This document shows, piece after piece, positions 56,921 to 64,000 of a stretch of 64,000 bases of DNA. Both the position numbers and the translations under genes were made by a program. The notes beneath the pieces were generated by a model that was not told where the DNA came from, ran no database searches, and saw only the letters and a list, made by a program, of their open reading frames with translations. Source of the stretch: an uncultured Paludibacter sp. (GTDB taxonomy: Bacteria; Bacteroidota; Bacteroidia; Bacteroidales; Paludibacteraceae). The stretch lies in assembly GCA_963664445.2 (NCBI GenBank), contig CAXXUM010000002.1, positions 21,305-85,304 on the forward strand, written 5' to 3'. Position 1 is the stretch's first letter, and each line of letters begins with the position of its first letter.

Positions 56921-57995
56921 TCTTTAAATTATTTATAAATGAACTTTCAACAGGGATGTTCATGGTGAATTTTGCACCCGTCGGTATATTATTTTCGGCC
57001 ACAATGGTGCCGTTATGTGCTTCTATATAACCTTTTGAAATAGATAGCCCCAAGCCACTGCCACCCGTTTTGGTGTGAGGAAGCCGGTAAAATTTTTCAA
57101 ATAAAAATGGAATTTCAGATGTAGGGAAACCATTGCCATCATCGGAGATTGCAATTCTGAGCATATCATTATGATAGGAAACTTCAATCGTTATGGTTGA
57201 ATATTCAGGTGTATAAAGGATGGCATTGTTGAGTATATTGTAAAATACGTGCTCCATCAATCCGCTGTCAAGCTTAACTAACGGTAACTGATCGTTGTCC
57301 TTAAATTTTAAGTTGTTTTTTTTTGTGGTCAGGTCAAGCTTCTGAATGACGGAATAGATTAATTCATTTATATCACACCAATCGAGTTTCAGTTTTAGCA
57401 TTCCGGTTTCCAATCGGTTCATGTTAAGCAGGTTGTCGACCTGATGGTTCAGTCTGATACTAGCTGTTCCGATTTCGGTCAATAGCTCGTCGCGTTGCTT
57501 TACGCTCAGTTTTTCTCTGTTTTCCTTTATAATGTCTACAGCGCCCAGAATGGTGGAGATAGGTGTTCTCAGTTCGTGCGACAGAGAGTTTAAAAGTGTG
57601 TTGTACAGTCTGATTGAATTTTCTTTTTCTTCTTTGTCTCTGGCAATCTTTTCCACTTTCCTAATTCTGTTTGTAAGTACCGCATTTATCAATGCAATGA
57701 CGATAAACATTAGAAAAAGGAGTATATCTTCAGAATTATCGATATGAAACGTGTAGAGTGGCGGTATAAAAAAGAAATTAAGTACCAATGCGCTTAAAAT
57801 TGCAGCGAGTAGTACAGGCATAATTTCGAATGTTATTGCCAGTAAGGAGACCACCACCAGTAACATTAGTGCTGTGCCAATGTAGCCCACCACCTTTTGG
57901 GTGAGGAAAGCGACAAACGCAACAATCAAAACGAGCAAAAAGCTGCTTTTATATTGTATACTCAGTGACGGTTTTTCTTTGAATATTTTTTTCAA
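56913..57995 (-). CDS. Sensor histidine kinase resembling the C-terminal (DUF4118-HisKA-HATPase) half of KdpD
   Basis: Four TM helices of DUF4118 type, an H-box LSHELRTPIS and N/G boxes (NILNNAILYT, GGSGLGLSI). Overlaps the regulator gene by 8 nt. The TTG start is uncertain. Confidence 0.75.
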   Translation of the reverse strand: MKKIFKEKPSLSIQYKSSFLLVLIVAFVAFLTQKVVGYIGTALMLLVVVSLLAITFEIMPVLLAAILSALVLNFFFIPPLYTFHIDNSEDILLFLMFIVIALINAVLTNRIRKVEKIARDKEEKENSIRLYNTLLNSLSHELRTPISTILGAVDIIKENREKLSVKQRDELLTEIGTASIRLNHQVDNLLNMNRLETGMLKLKLDWCDINELIYSVIQKLDLTTKKNNLKFKDNDQLPLVKLDSGLMEHVFYNILNNAILYTPEYSTITIEVSYHNDMLRIAISDDGNGFPTSEIPFLFEKFYRLPHTKTGGSGLGLSISKGYIEAHNGTIVAENNIPTGAKFTMNIPVESSFINNLKNE

Positions 57996-58111
57996 TGCAG
58001 GTGTGTTAGAGTGAATGTTTGAGTGAAAATAGTGTTTGGTTTTGAAATAATGTTGAAAGCACGCTCGACTATGAATTTTTCATTACTAGACACGTATAAA
58101 TTAATAATGTG

Positions 58112-58119
58112 CAAATCTA
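58112..58119 (-). promoter_or_regulatory. -7 box (TAGATTTG) possibly serving the HK-RR-kup operon
   Basis: 117 nt upstream of the putative TTG start at 57995. Confidence 0.35.
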
Positions 58120-58246
58120 AGGATTCATAATGATAAATGCTACACCATCTTGCATTTTTTTTTGAGGAATTTGCCCCCGATTTTCCGCTGAAAATATCTG
58201 TACGAAAAAAAGATGTTTAATTGTTTGGTAATCCAAAGAAAAACAG

Positions 58247-58254
58247 TATTTTTG
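58247..58254 (+). promoter_or_regulatory. -7 box (TATTTTTG) with a TTTG -33 element (58224-58227) for rplM-rpsI
   Basis: The spacing between the two elements is 19 nt. It lies 137 nt upstream of the GTG start. Confidence 0.55.
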
Positions 58255-58390
58255 CAGTCCGTTTATTATCACAGTGTAATGGTCAGTTTTGTTGTGTGTA
58301 AATATCCTATTTTGTGCCGATTAGCCTCTTCCAAAATATGATTGAAGCAAATAAAATGGCTCAATTATTAATCAAAAACATTTTAAACAA

Positions 58391-58846
58391 GTGGATACGT
58401 TAAGTTATAAAACCATTTCTGCCAACAAAGCAACGGTGCAGAAAGAATGGGTAGTTGTGGATGCTACCGATTTGGTATTGGGGCGTATGGGTTCAAAAGT
58501 TGCTAAACTTTTGCGCGGAAAATACAAACCAAGTTTCACTCCTCACGTAGACTGTGGAGATAATGTGATTATTATCAATGCAGAAAAAGTACAATTAACA
58601 GGTAACAAATGGAACGATCGCATCTACCTTAGCCACACAGGCTATCCAGGTGGACAACGTGAAATTACACCAGCTAAATTGATGGAAAAAAGTTCTGAAA
58701 AACTTATCAAGAAAGTGGTGAAAGGTATGTTACCTAAAAACCGTCTTGGAGACAAACTTTTGGGCAATTTATATGTATTCCCAGGTGCGGAACACAATAT
58801 GCAAGCTCAACAACCAAAACAATTAGATTTAAACTCACTTAAATAA
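58391..58846 (+). CDS. rplM: 50S ribosomal protein L13
   Basis: GTG start. Sequence MDTLSYKT...WVVVDA...LGR is canonical L13. Confidence 0.95.
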   Translation: MDTLSYKTISANKATVQKEWVVVDATDLVLGRMGSKVAKLLRGKYKPSFTPHVDCGDNVIIINAEKVQLTGNKWNDRIYLSHTGYPGGQREITPAKLMEKSSEKLIKKVVKGMLPKNRLGDKLLGNLYVFPGAEHNMQAQQPKQLDLNSLK

Positions 58847-58851
58847 TCAGT

Positions 58852-59238
58852 ATGGAAGTAATAAATGCCTTAGGAAGAAGAAAAGCGGCTGTTGCTCGTG
58901 TTTTCGTGAGCGAAGGAACTGGACAAATTACCATTAATAAACGCGATATAAACGTTTACTTTCCGTCACCATTATTACAATTTGTGGTTAAACAACCTCT
59001 TACCAAATTGGGAGTGACTGAAAAATACGATATTAAAGTAAATCTAAATGGTGGTGGATTTAACGGACAAGCGGGTGCTTTGCGTTTAGCAATTGCTCGT
59101 GCGTTGGTGAAAATGAACCCAGAAGACAAACCAGCACTTAAAGTTGAAGGATTTATGACTCGTGACCCTCGTGGTGTTGAGCGTAAAAAACCAGGTCAAC
59201 CAAAAGCACGTAAGAGATTCCAATTCTCGAAACGTTAA
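58852..59238 (+). CDS. rpsI: 30S ribosomal protein S9
   Basis: 128 aa ending ...KARKRFQFSKR, canonical S9. Confidence 0.95.
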   Translation: MEVINALGRRKAAVARVFVSEGTGQITINKRDINVYFPSPLLQFVVKQPLTKLGVTEKYDIKVNLNGGGFNGQAGALRLAIARALVKMNPEDKPALKVEGFMTRDPRGVERKKPGQPKARKRFQFSKR

Positions 59239-59244
59239 TATTTA

Positions 59245-59331
59245 TTTACCATTCTATCATTTACCATTTATTATTTTGCAATGCGCGTAAGCCTATTGTA
59301 AATAGTAAATGGATGAATAGTAGATGGTTTT
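59245..59331 (+). terminator. Long imperfect hairpin after rpsI
   Basis: TTTACCATTCTATCATTTACCATTTATTATTTTGCAATG / CTATTGTAAATAGTAAATGGATGAATAGTAGATGGT around the loop CGCGTAAGC, followed by TTTTGGTTT. Confidence 0.5.
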
Positions 59332-59426
59332 GGTTTAGTATCTAAATTGTTGAGACTCTAAGTAAAATTGAAGACTACTCGGCAATTGAGTTAAACAGAA
59401 TGTAAACAACTTTTTAAACAAAAAAA

Positions 59427-60260
59427 ATGTCTAGAACAAATTTTGACGAATTATTAGAAGCAGGTTGCCACTTTGGTCACTTGAAACGTAAATGGAATCC
59501 AGCAATGGCTCCTTACATTTTCATGGAGCGTAACGATATTCACATTATCGATTTGCACAAAACAGTAGTGAAAATTGACGAAGCTGCAGCAGCATTGAAA
59601 CAAATTGCAAAATCAGGACGTAAAATCCTTTTCGTTGCAACAAAAAAACAAGCTAAAGATGTGGTTTCTGAAAAAGCATTAGCTGTTGGAATGCCATACA
59701 TTACTGAGCGTTGGGCCGGTGGTATGTTAACTAACTTCCCTACTATTCGTAAAGCCGTTAAAAAAATGACCACTATCGACAAAATGGCGACTGATGGTAC
59801 ATTCGAAAATATTTCTAAACGCGAAAAACTTCAAATTACTCGTCAACGCGAGAAATTAGAAAAGAACTTAGGTTCTATCGCTGATTTGACTCGTCTTCCT
59901 TCTGCACTTTTCATTGTAGACGTGATGAAAGAACACATTGCCGTATTAGAAGCTCAACGTTTGGGTATTCCAATTTTTGCAATTGTGGATACTAACTCAA
60001 ATCCTAACGGACTTGATTTCGTAATCCCTGCAAATGATGACGCTACAAAATCGGTTGACGTAATTTTAGGCGCTATGGTTGCTGCTATCCAAGAAGGTTT
60101 GGAAGAACGCAAAGTAGAAAAAATTGATACTGAAGCTGCTGAAGCTCCTGTTTCAAAAGACAAAAAGTCAAGAATTACAAAAAAACCAAGAACTCAAAAA
60201 GAAGATGATGATGCTTTGAACGCTAACGTGATCAAAAAATTCGTCAAAGAAGAAGAATAA
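59427..60260 (+). CDS. rpsB: 30S ribosomal protein S2
   Basis: LLEAGCHFGH...RWNP... is canonical S2, with an acidic/basic C-terminal extension. Confidence 0.95.
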   Translation: MSRTNFDELLEAGCHFGHLKRKWNPAMAPYIFMERNDIHIIDLHKTVVKIDEAAAALKQIAKSGRKILFVATKKQAKDVVSEKALAVGMPYITERWAGGMLTNFPTIRKAVKKMTTIDKMATDGTFENISKREKLQITRQREKLEKNLGSIADLTRLPSALFIVDVMKEHIAVLEAQRLGIPIFAIVDTNSNPNGLDFVIPANDDATKSVDVILGAMVAAIQEGLEERKVEKIDTEAAEAPVSKDKKSRITKKPRTQKEDDDALNANVIKKFVKEEE

Positions 60261-60335
60261 GATTAATTGAAAGTTGTCAGTGACCGTTCGGCCTTAGCCG
60301 CTTGGTTCACCAAGAATTGACGATTATATATTTTT

Positions 60336-60382
60336 AAACGAGTTACCTGTTATGAATTATTGTAGCTTGTAACTCGTTTTTT
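60336..60382 (+). terminator. Terminator after rpsB
   Basis: AAACGAGTTAC ... GTAACTCGTTT followed by TTTC. Confidence 0.7.
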
Positions 60383-60487
60383 CTTGTCTTTCAATATTCT
60401 TTCAAAGAAGAAACATATCAAATATATTAATAACTCACAGCTCTCTTATTTTTATTAAGGACAGAGAGTCGTAAAATACTTATAATT

Positions 60488-61486
60488 ATGGCAGTAACAA
60501 TGGCAGAAATTTCAAAATTGCGTACCATGACTGGTGCTGGTATGATGGATTGCAAAAATGCACTCACTGAAGCCAATAGCGATTTTGACAAAGCAGTTGA
60601 AATTATTCGTAAAAAAGGTCAGGCTACAGCATCAAAAAGAAGCGATCGTGAAGCTTCTGAAGGTTGCGTTTTGGCTAAAGCTGAAGGTGGATTTGCAGCT
60701 GTATTAGCATTGAAATGTGAAACTGATTTCGTAGCTATCAATGCAGATTTCGTAGCTTTGACAAGATCAATTCTTGATGTAGCTATGGCTACAAAACCAG
60801 CTACAATCGAAGAACTTAAAGCCTTGACGATTGATGGTCGCGTTATTTCAGATGTGATTCTTGATCGTTCAGGTATTACCGGTGAAAAAATGGAATTGGA
60901 CTACTACGAATTCGTTCAGGGTGGTACTACTGCTGCTTATATTCACCCGGGAAACAAACTTGCTACATTGGTGGCGGTTGCTCAAGAAAATGCCGAATAC
61001 GATACCTTACGTGGCATGGCGATGCATATTGCAGCAATGGCGCCTGTGGCTATTGATGAATCTGAAGTGCCTCAAAAAGTAAAAGATAACGAGCTTGCAG
61101 TGGCTATCGAAAAAACTAAAACCGAACTTGTTGCAAAGGAAGTTGAAGTAGCAATAAAAAAAGCAGGCATCAATCCTGCTCACGTTGATAGCGAAAACCA
61201 CATCGAATCAAACATGGCTAAGGGCTGGATTACTGCTGAGGAAGCTGCAAAAGCACGCGAAATTAAAGCAACAGTTACTGCAGAGAAATCTGCAACTTTA
61301 CCAGAACAGAAAGTAAACAGTATTGCGGCTGGACGTATGGCAAAATTCTACAAAGAATATACTCTTTTAGAACAAAAGTACGAAGGTGGCGGTGAAGAAG
61401 CTGGAAAAATAACAGTAAAAGAACTGCTTGTGAAAAAACAGTTAACTTGTGTTGGTTTCAAACGCGTAACTTTGAATCAAGAATAA
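60488..61486 (+). CDS. tsf: Translation elongation factor Ts
   Basis: UBA-like N-terminus ISKLRTMTGAGMMDCKNAL followed by EF-Ts dimerisation domains. Confidence 0.93.
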   Translation: MAVTMAEISKLRTMTGAGMMDCKNALTEANSDFDKAVEIIRKKGQATASKRSDREASEGCVLAKAEGGFAAVLALKCETDFVAINADFVALTRSILDVAMATKPATIEELKALTIDGRVISDVILDRSGITGEKMELDYYEFVQGGTTAAYIHPGNKLATLVAVAQENAEYDTLRGMAMHIAAMAPVAIDESEVPQKVKDNELAVAIEKTKTELVAKEVEVAIKKAGINPAHVDSENHIESNMAKGWITAEEAAKAREIKATVTAEKSATLPEQKVNSIAAGRMAKFYKEYTLLEQKYEGGGEEAGKITVKELLVKKQLTCVGFKRVTLNQE

Positions 61487-61516
61487 GATTCAACTTTACT
61501 GATTGATATAAAATTT

Positions 61517-61551
61517 AAAAACCTCTTGAAGTTATTCAAGAGGTTTTTTTG
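61517..61551 (+). terminator. Terminator after tsf
   Basis: AAAACCTCTTGAA gttat TTCAAGAGGTTTT followed by TTTT. Confidence 0.85.
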
Positions 61552-61623
61552 TGTAATAGATTGTGGTGGATTGAACTCACTTTATAGTGACCCGTAGTGC
61601 TTTAAAAAAGTCATTTTGTTTTA

Positions 61624-61836
61624 TAGGGGCTTCCGCCCCAAACCCTGACTTACTTTTTGTCTTAACACAAAAAGTAAGCAAAAAAGTCAAGACTACGCCC
61701 GCTTCACTCGAAAAACTTACGCTCAGTTGGCTAAAACCGTCCAAACTCGCTCCTTCGTCGCTCAGACAGGACAGTTTCAAACGCCAACTTCACTTGTTTT
61801 TCGGTTCACCGGACGAGGTCAGTCGCTGCCAAACCG
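61624..61836 (-). repeat. Structured repeat family, copy D (reverse orientation, apical hairpin shortened)
   Basis: The reverse complement aligns with copies A-C from GACCTCGTCCGG to the GGGGCGGAAGCCCC hairpin. Confidence 0.8.
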
Positions 61837-61898
61837 TATCCAGTTTAATAACTCTTGTATTTCTATTGAAGATATCTATAAATGTACTACAGTTTATA

Positions 61899-62297
61899 TT
61901 ACTTCTTTTCCTTTGACCAAAAATATACGCTTTCAATAGCCAGCATAACACCAATCCCCATCGTGTAGGCAATTATATCCGTCCACAGAAAGCCAAAGCC
62001 CAATACTAAACCTCCTAAACGGGTGTTTCTGATAGCATCAATCCAAGGGGCGTGATAGAGTTGACTTATTTCAATGAGGTAGCAAAATGACAAGCTAAGT
62101 AATGTAATTAGCGACGGTTTCCGGTCTTTTAAAAGTAGTGCTGCAAAAAGATAGATCATTACCGCCCACAGTGCATCACCGAGGTAGGTGTTGATATATT
62201 CGGGAAGATAGCCGGCATATTTTCTCGACGAAAGTCCCAATACCATAACTATAGCTACGGAAATAAGATAGACGATTCGATTGCGTGCCGGTTTCAC
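61899..62297 (-). CDS. DUF2809 family membrane protein
   Basis: 132 aa with four TM helices. The N-terminal pattern R..Y......V.......R........YLGD.LWA is as I recall for DUF2809. Confidence 0.55.
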   Translation of the reverse strand: MKPARNRIVYLISVAIVMVLGLSSRKYAGYLPEYINTYLGDALWAVMIYLFAALLLKDRKPSLITLLSLSFCYLIEISQLYHAPWIDAIRNTRLGGLVLGFGFLWTDIIAYTMGIGVMLAIESVYFWSKEKK

Positions 62298-62298
62298 G

Positions 62299-63690
62299 TT
62301 AGTAAATGTTTCGTTTACTATTTGCGCCGTCTAAGGTGAATTTTAGATTACGGTGAGCAAGTTTAAACCCTTTCAGGTTGAGGAAAACCTGTTGCTGGTA
62401 TTTTTGTGGGATGTCAAAGTAAGAGCGATTGTCTTCCACCACTACGTTTTTAATGTCCGAGAGATTAAGTCCTGCTTCTTCCACTAAGAAATCGGAGACA
62501 TTGCCCTTCGTAAAACCTTGTCCAAAACCAATATTCATATAGATGGTTACCGGAGCACTTGGACGTTCGGGTTTGGGCTCGATGTTTAGAGCTGAAAAAT
62601 GAATTTTAAGTTCCGACTCCATATTTTTGATTTCGGGCATATCTTCTGTTTTGACCAGACATACAGAGTTCCCCGATTTACCGGCACGAGCCGTTCTACC
62701 GCTTCGGTGGGTGTACTGTTCTGTTTTTTCGGGTAAATGATAATGGATAATATAATCCAGATCCTTCACGTCGATACCTCTGGCAGCAATATCTGTAGCT
62801 ACCAGCAGGTTGATTCTACCTTTTTTGAAGCCACGCATTACTTTGTCGCGCATTTCCTGGTTTAAGTTGCCGTGCAAGGCATCAGCCACCACTTCAAAGC
62901 CGGCCAATTGTTTGGCCAGTTTTTTTGCCGCTACTTTGGTGCGACAGAACATGATGCCACGTTGATCGAGTCGTTGCGATAGATATGCTTTTAAATAATC
63001 GAGCTTATAGCCTTGTTTGTAAATAATATATTGGTGATCAATTTTTTGATTGACAAACTCTTCGGCATTAATTCTGATCTCCACAGCATTCGGACGCAGG
63101 TATTCGCGTACCAGTTGTTTTACGTCGTTAGGCATGGTAGCAGTAAACAACATGCTGGTGATATCGCGCTTACAAGACTCCAAAATCTGATCGATTTCCG
63201 ATTTGAAGCCCATGTTGATCATTTCGTCGGCTTCGTCCAGTACTAGATACTTCAAATCCTGAAGGCTTAGTGCGTTTCTGTCCAACAAATCGAGCAAACG
63301 GCCGGGAGTAGCTACCACCACATGTGTGGCGCGTTTCAATTTCTGAATTTGATCTTCGATAGGAGTGCCACCATACACCGCTTCGGCAAATACGCGTGGC
63401 ATGTGTTTGGAGAAAAGAAAGAATTCACGCGCCACCTGTTGCCCGAGCTCGCGCGTTGGAACCAATACCAGTGCTTGTATTTTTGCTAATTTAGGATCGA
63501 TGGTTTGGAGAATAGGCAGGCAAAAGGCAGCCGTTTTACCTGTCCCGGTTTGCGCTATGGCCACCAGGTCATGTTCCGAAGTGAGTATGTGCGGAATGGC
63601 CTGAAGTTGAATGTCGCTAGGTTCTGTAATTCTGTTTTCCTGAAGTGCCTGAACTATATTATCGTTAATTCCTAAGTCTGTAAAAGTCAT
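62299..63690 (-). CDS. DEAD-box RNA helicase with C-terminal DbpA-type RNA-binding domain
   Basis: Motifs AQTGTGKT, PTRELG, DEADEM, TAT and HRSGRTARAG. About 75 aa of DbpA-RBD-like C-terminus follow. Confidence 0.85.
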   Translation of the reverse strand: MTFTDLGINDNIVQALQENRITEPSDIQLQAIPHILTSEHDLVAIAQTGTGKTAAFCLPILQTIDPKLAKIQALVLVPTRELGQQVAREFFLFSKHMPRVFAEAVYGGTPIEDQIQKLKRATHVVVATPGRLLDLLDRNALSLQDLKYLVLDEADEMINMGFKSEIDQILESCKRDITSMLFTATMPNDVKQLVREYLRPNAVEIRINAEEFVNQKIDHQYIIYKQGYKLDYLKAYLSQRLDQRGIMFCRTKVAAKKLAKQLAGFEVVADALHGNLNQEMRDKVMRGFKKGRINLLVATDIAARGIDVKDLDYIIHYHLPEKTEQYTHRSGRTARAGKSGNSVCLVKTEDMPEIKNMESELKIHFSALNIEPKPERPSAPVTIYMNIGFGQGFTKGNVSDFLVEEAGLNLSDIKNVVVEDNRSYFDIPQKYQQQVFLNLKGFKLAHRNLKFTLDGANSKRNIY

Positions 63691-63736
63691 GTTTGTTCCA
63701 ATTTAGTTTAAAATGCTCGTATTGAGGATTTGACTA

Positions 63737-63744
63737 CAAAGGTA
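63737..63744 (-). promoter_or_regulatory. -7 box (TACCTTTG) for the DbpA-like helicase
   Basis: 47 nt upstream of ATG 63690. Confidence 0.5.
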
Positions 63745-63825
63745 AGTGTATTTGTTGTATAAATTCGTATGTGATAAGGTTTAAGTGGCAGAAATGAAAT
63801 AATGCCGTATAAAAAGAATTATTTA

Positions 63826-63950
63826 GACCTCTATCCCTAACCCTTTCTCCACAGGAGAAAGGGGACACAGCACCTCAAATAATGAGATTCTATTGTTAGT
63901 TCTCACTCTGTAAAGTCCCTCCCTTGTGGGGAGGGATTTAGGGAGAGGTC
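63826..63950. repeat. ORF-less inverted-repeat element of the same C/G-rich arm type
   Basis: The outer inverted repeat is GACCTCTATCCCTAA... (63826-) and ...TTTAGGGAGAGGTC (-63950). Each arm also carries its own small hairpin (CCCTTTCTCC/GAGAAAGGGG and TCCCTCCC/GGGAGGGA). Confidence 0.6.
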
Positions 63951-64000
63951 CGGATCTGGAATGCGACAAAAAACCAATTACTTAGGATATTATTCCTTTT

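Overview
This 64-kb window looks like a Bacteroidota chromosomal segment. The evidence is many TAnnTTTG -7 promoter boxes, a batD/batE-like pair, CarboxypepD_reg-type TonB-dependent receptors with DUF4249 lipoproteins, and OmpA proteins carrying thrombospondin type-3 repeats. The content is mostly housekeeping: hisF, mtaB, comM/yifB, gcvP, pdxH, two DEAD-box helicases, ald, serB, mltF, udk, a GH20 hexosaminidase, groES-groEL, a glycosyltransferase cluster, uvrA, aminopeptidase P, queF, tRNA-Leu(TAG), a KdpD/KdpE-like two-component pair next to kup, and rplM-rpsI-rpsB-tsf. I saw no integrase, transposase, CRISPR array, prophage or recognisable defence island. The unusual signal lies in the non-coding DNA. 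(1) A ~230-nt repeat occurs four times in intergenic regions. It has a multi-stem, pseudoknot-capable fold, and copies differ by two-sided compensatory substitutions. It is a candidate novel structured RNA or RNA-structured mobile element. (2) A family of C/G-rich inverted-repeat elements (CCCC-TAA-CCCC plus a small hairpin in each arm) is present. One member encloses a DUF559 endonuclease ORF, one ORF-less copy sits in the groES-groEL spacer, and another lies near the window end. (3) Many very long imperfect, quasi-periodic palindromes sit directly after stop codons. (4) Four single-base frameshifts in otherwise intact genes (mtaB, an OmpA/TSP3 gene, gcvP, pdxH) all fall within the first 14 kb. 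(5) There are tandem duplicated cassettes: TBDR plus DUF4249, and NAD(P)-binding paralogs. All calls come from reading the sequence and the ORF translations; no database search or computation was run.
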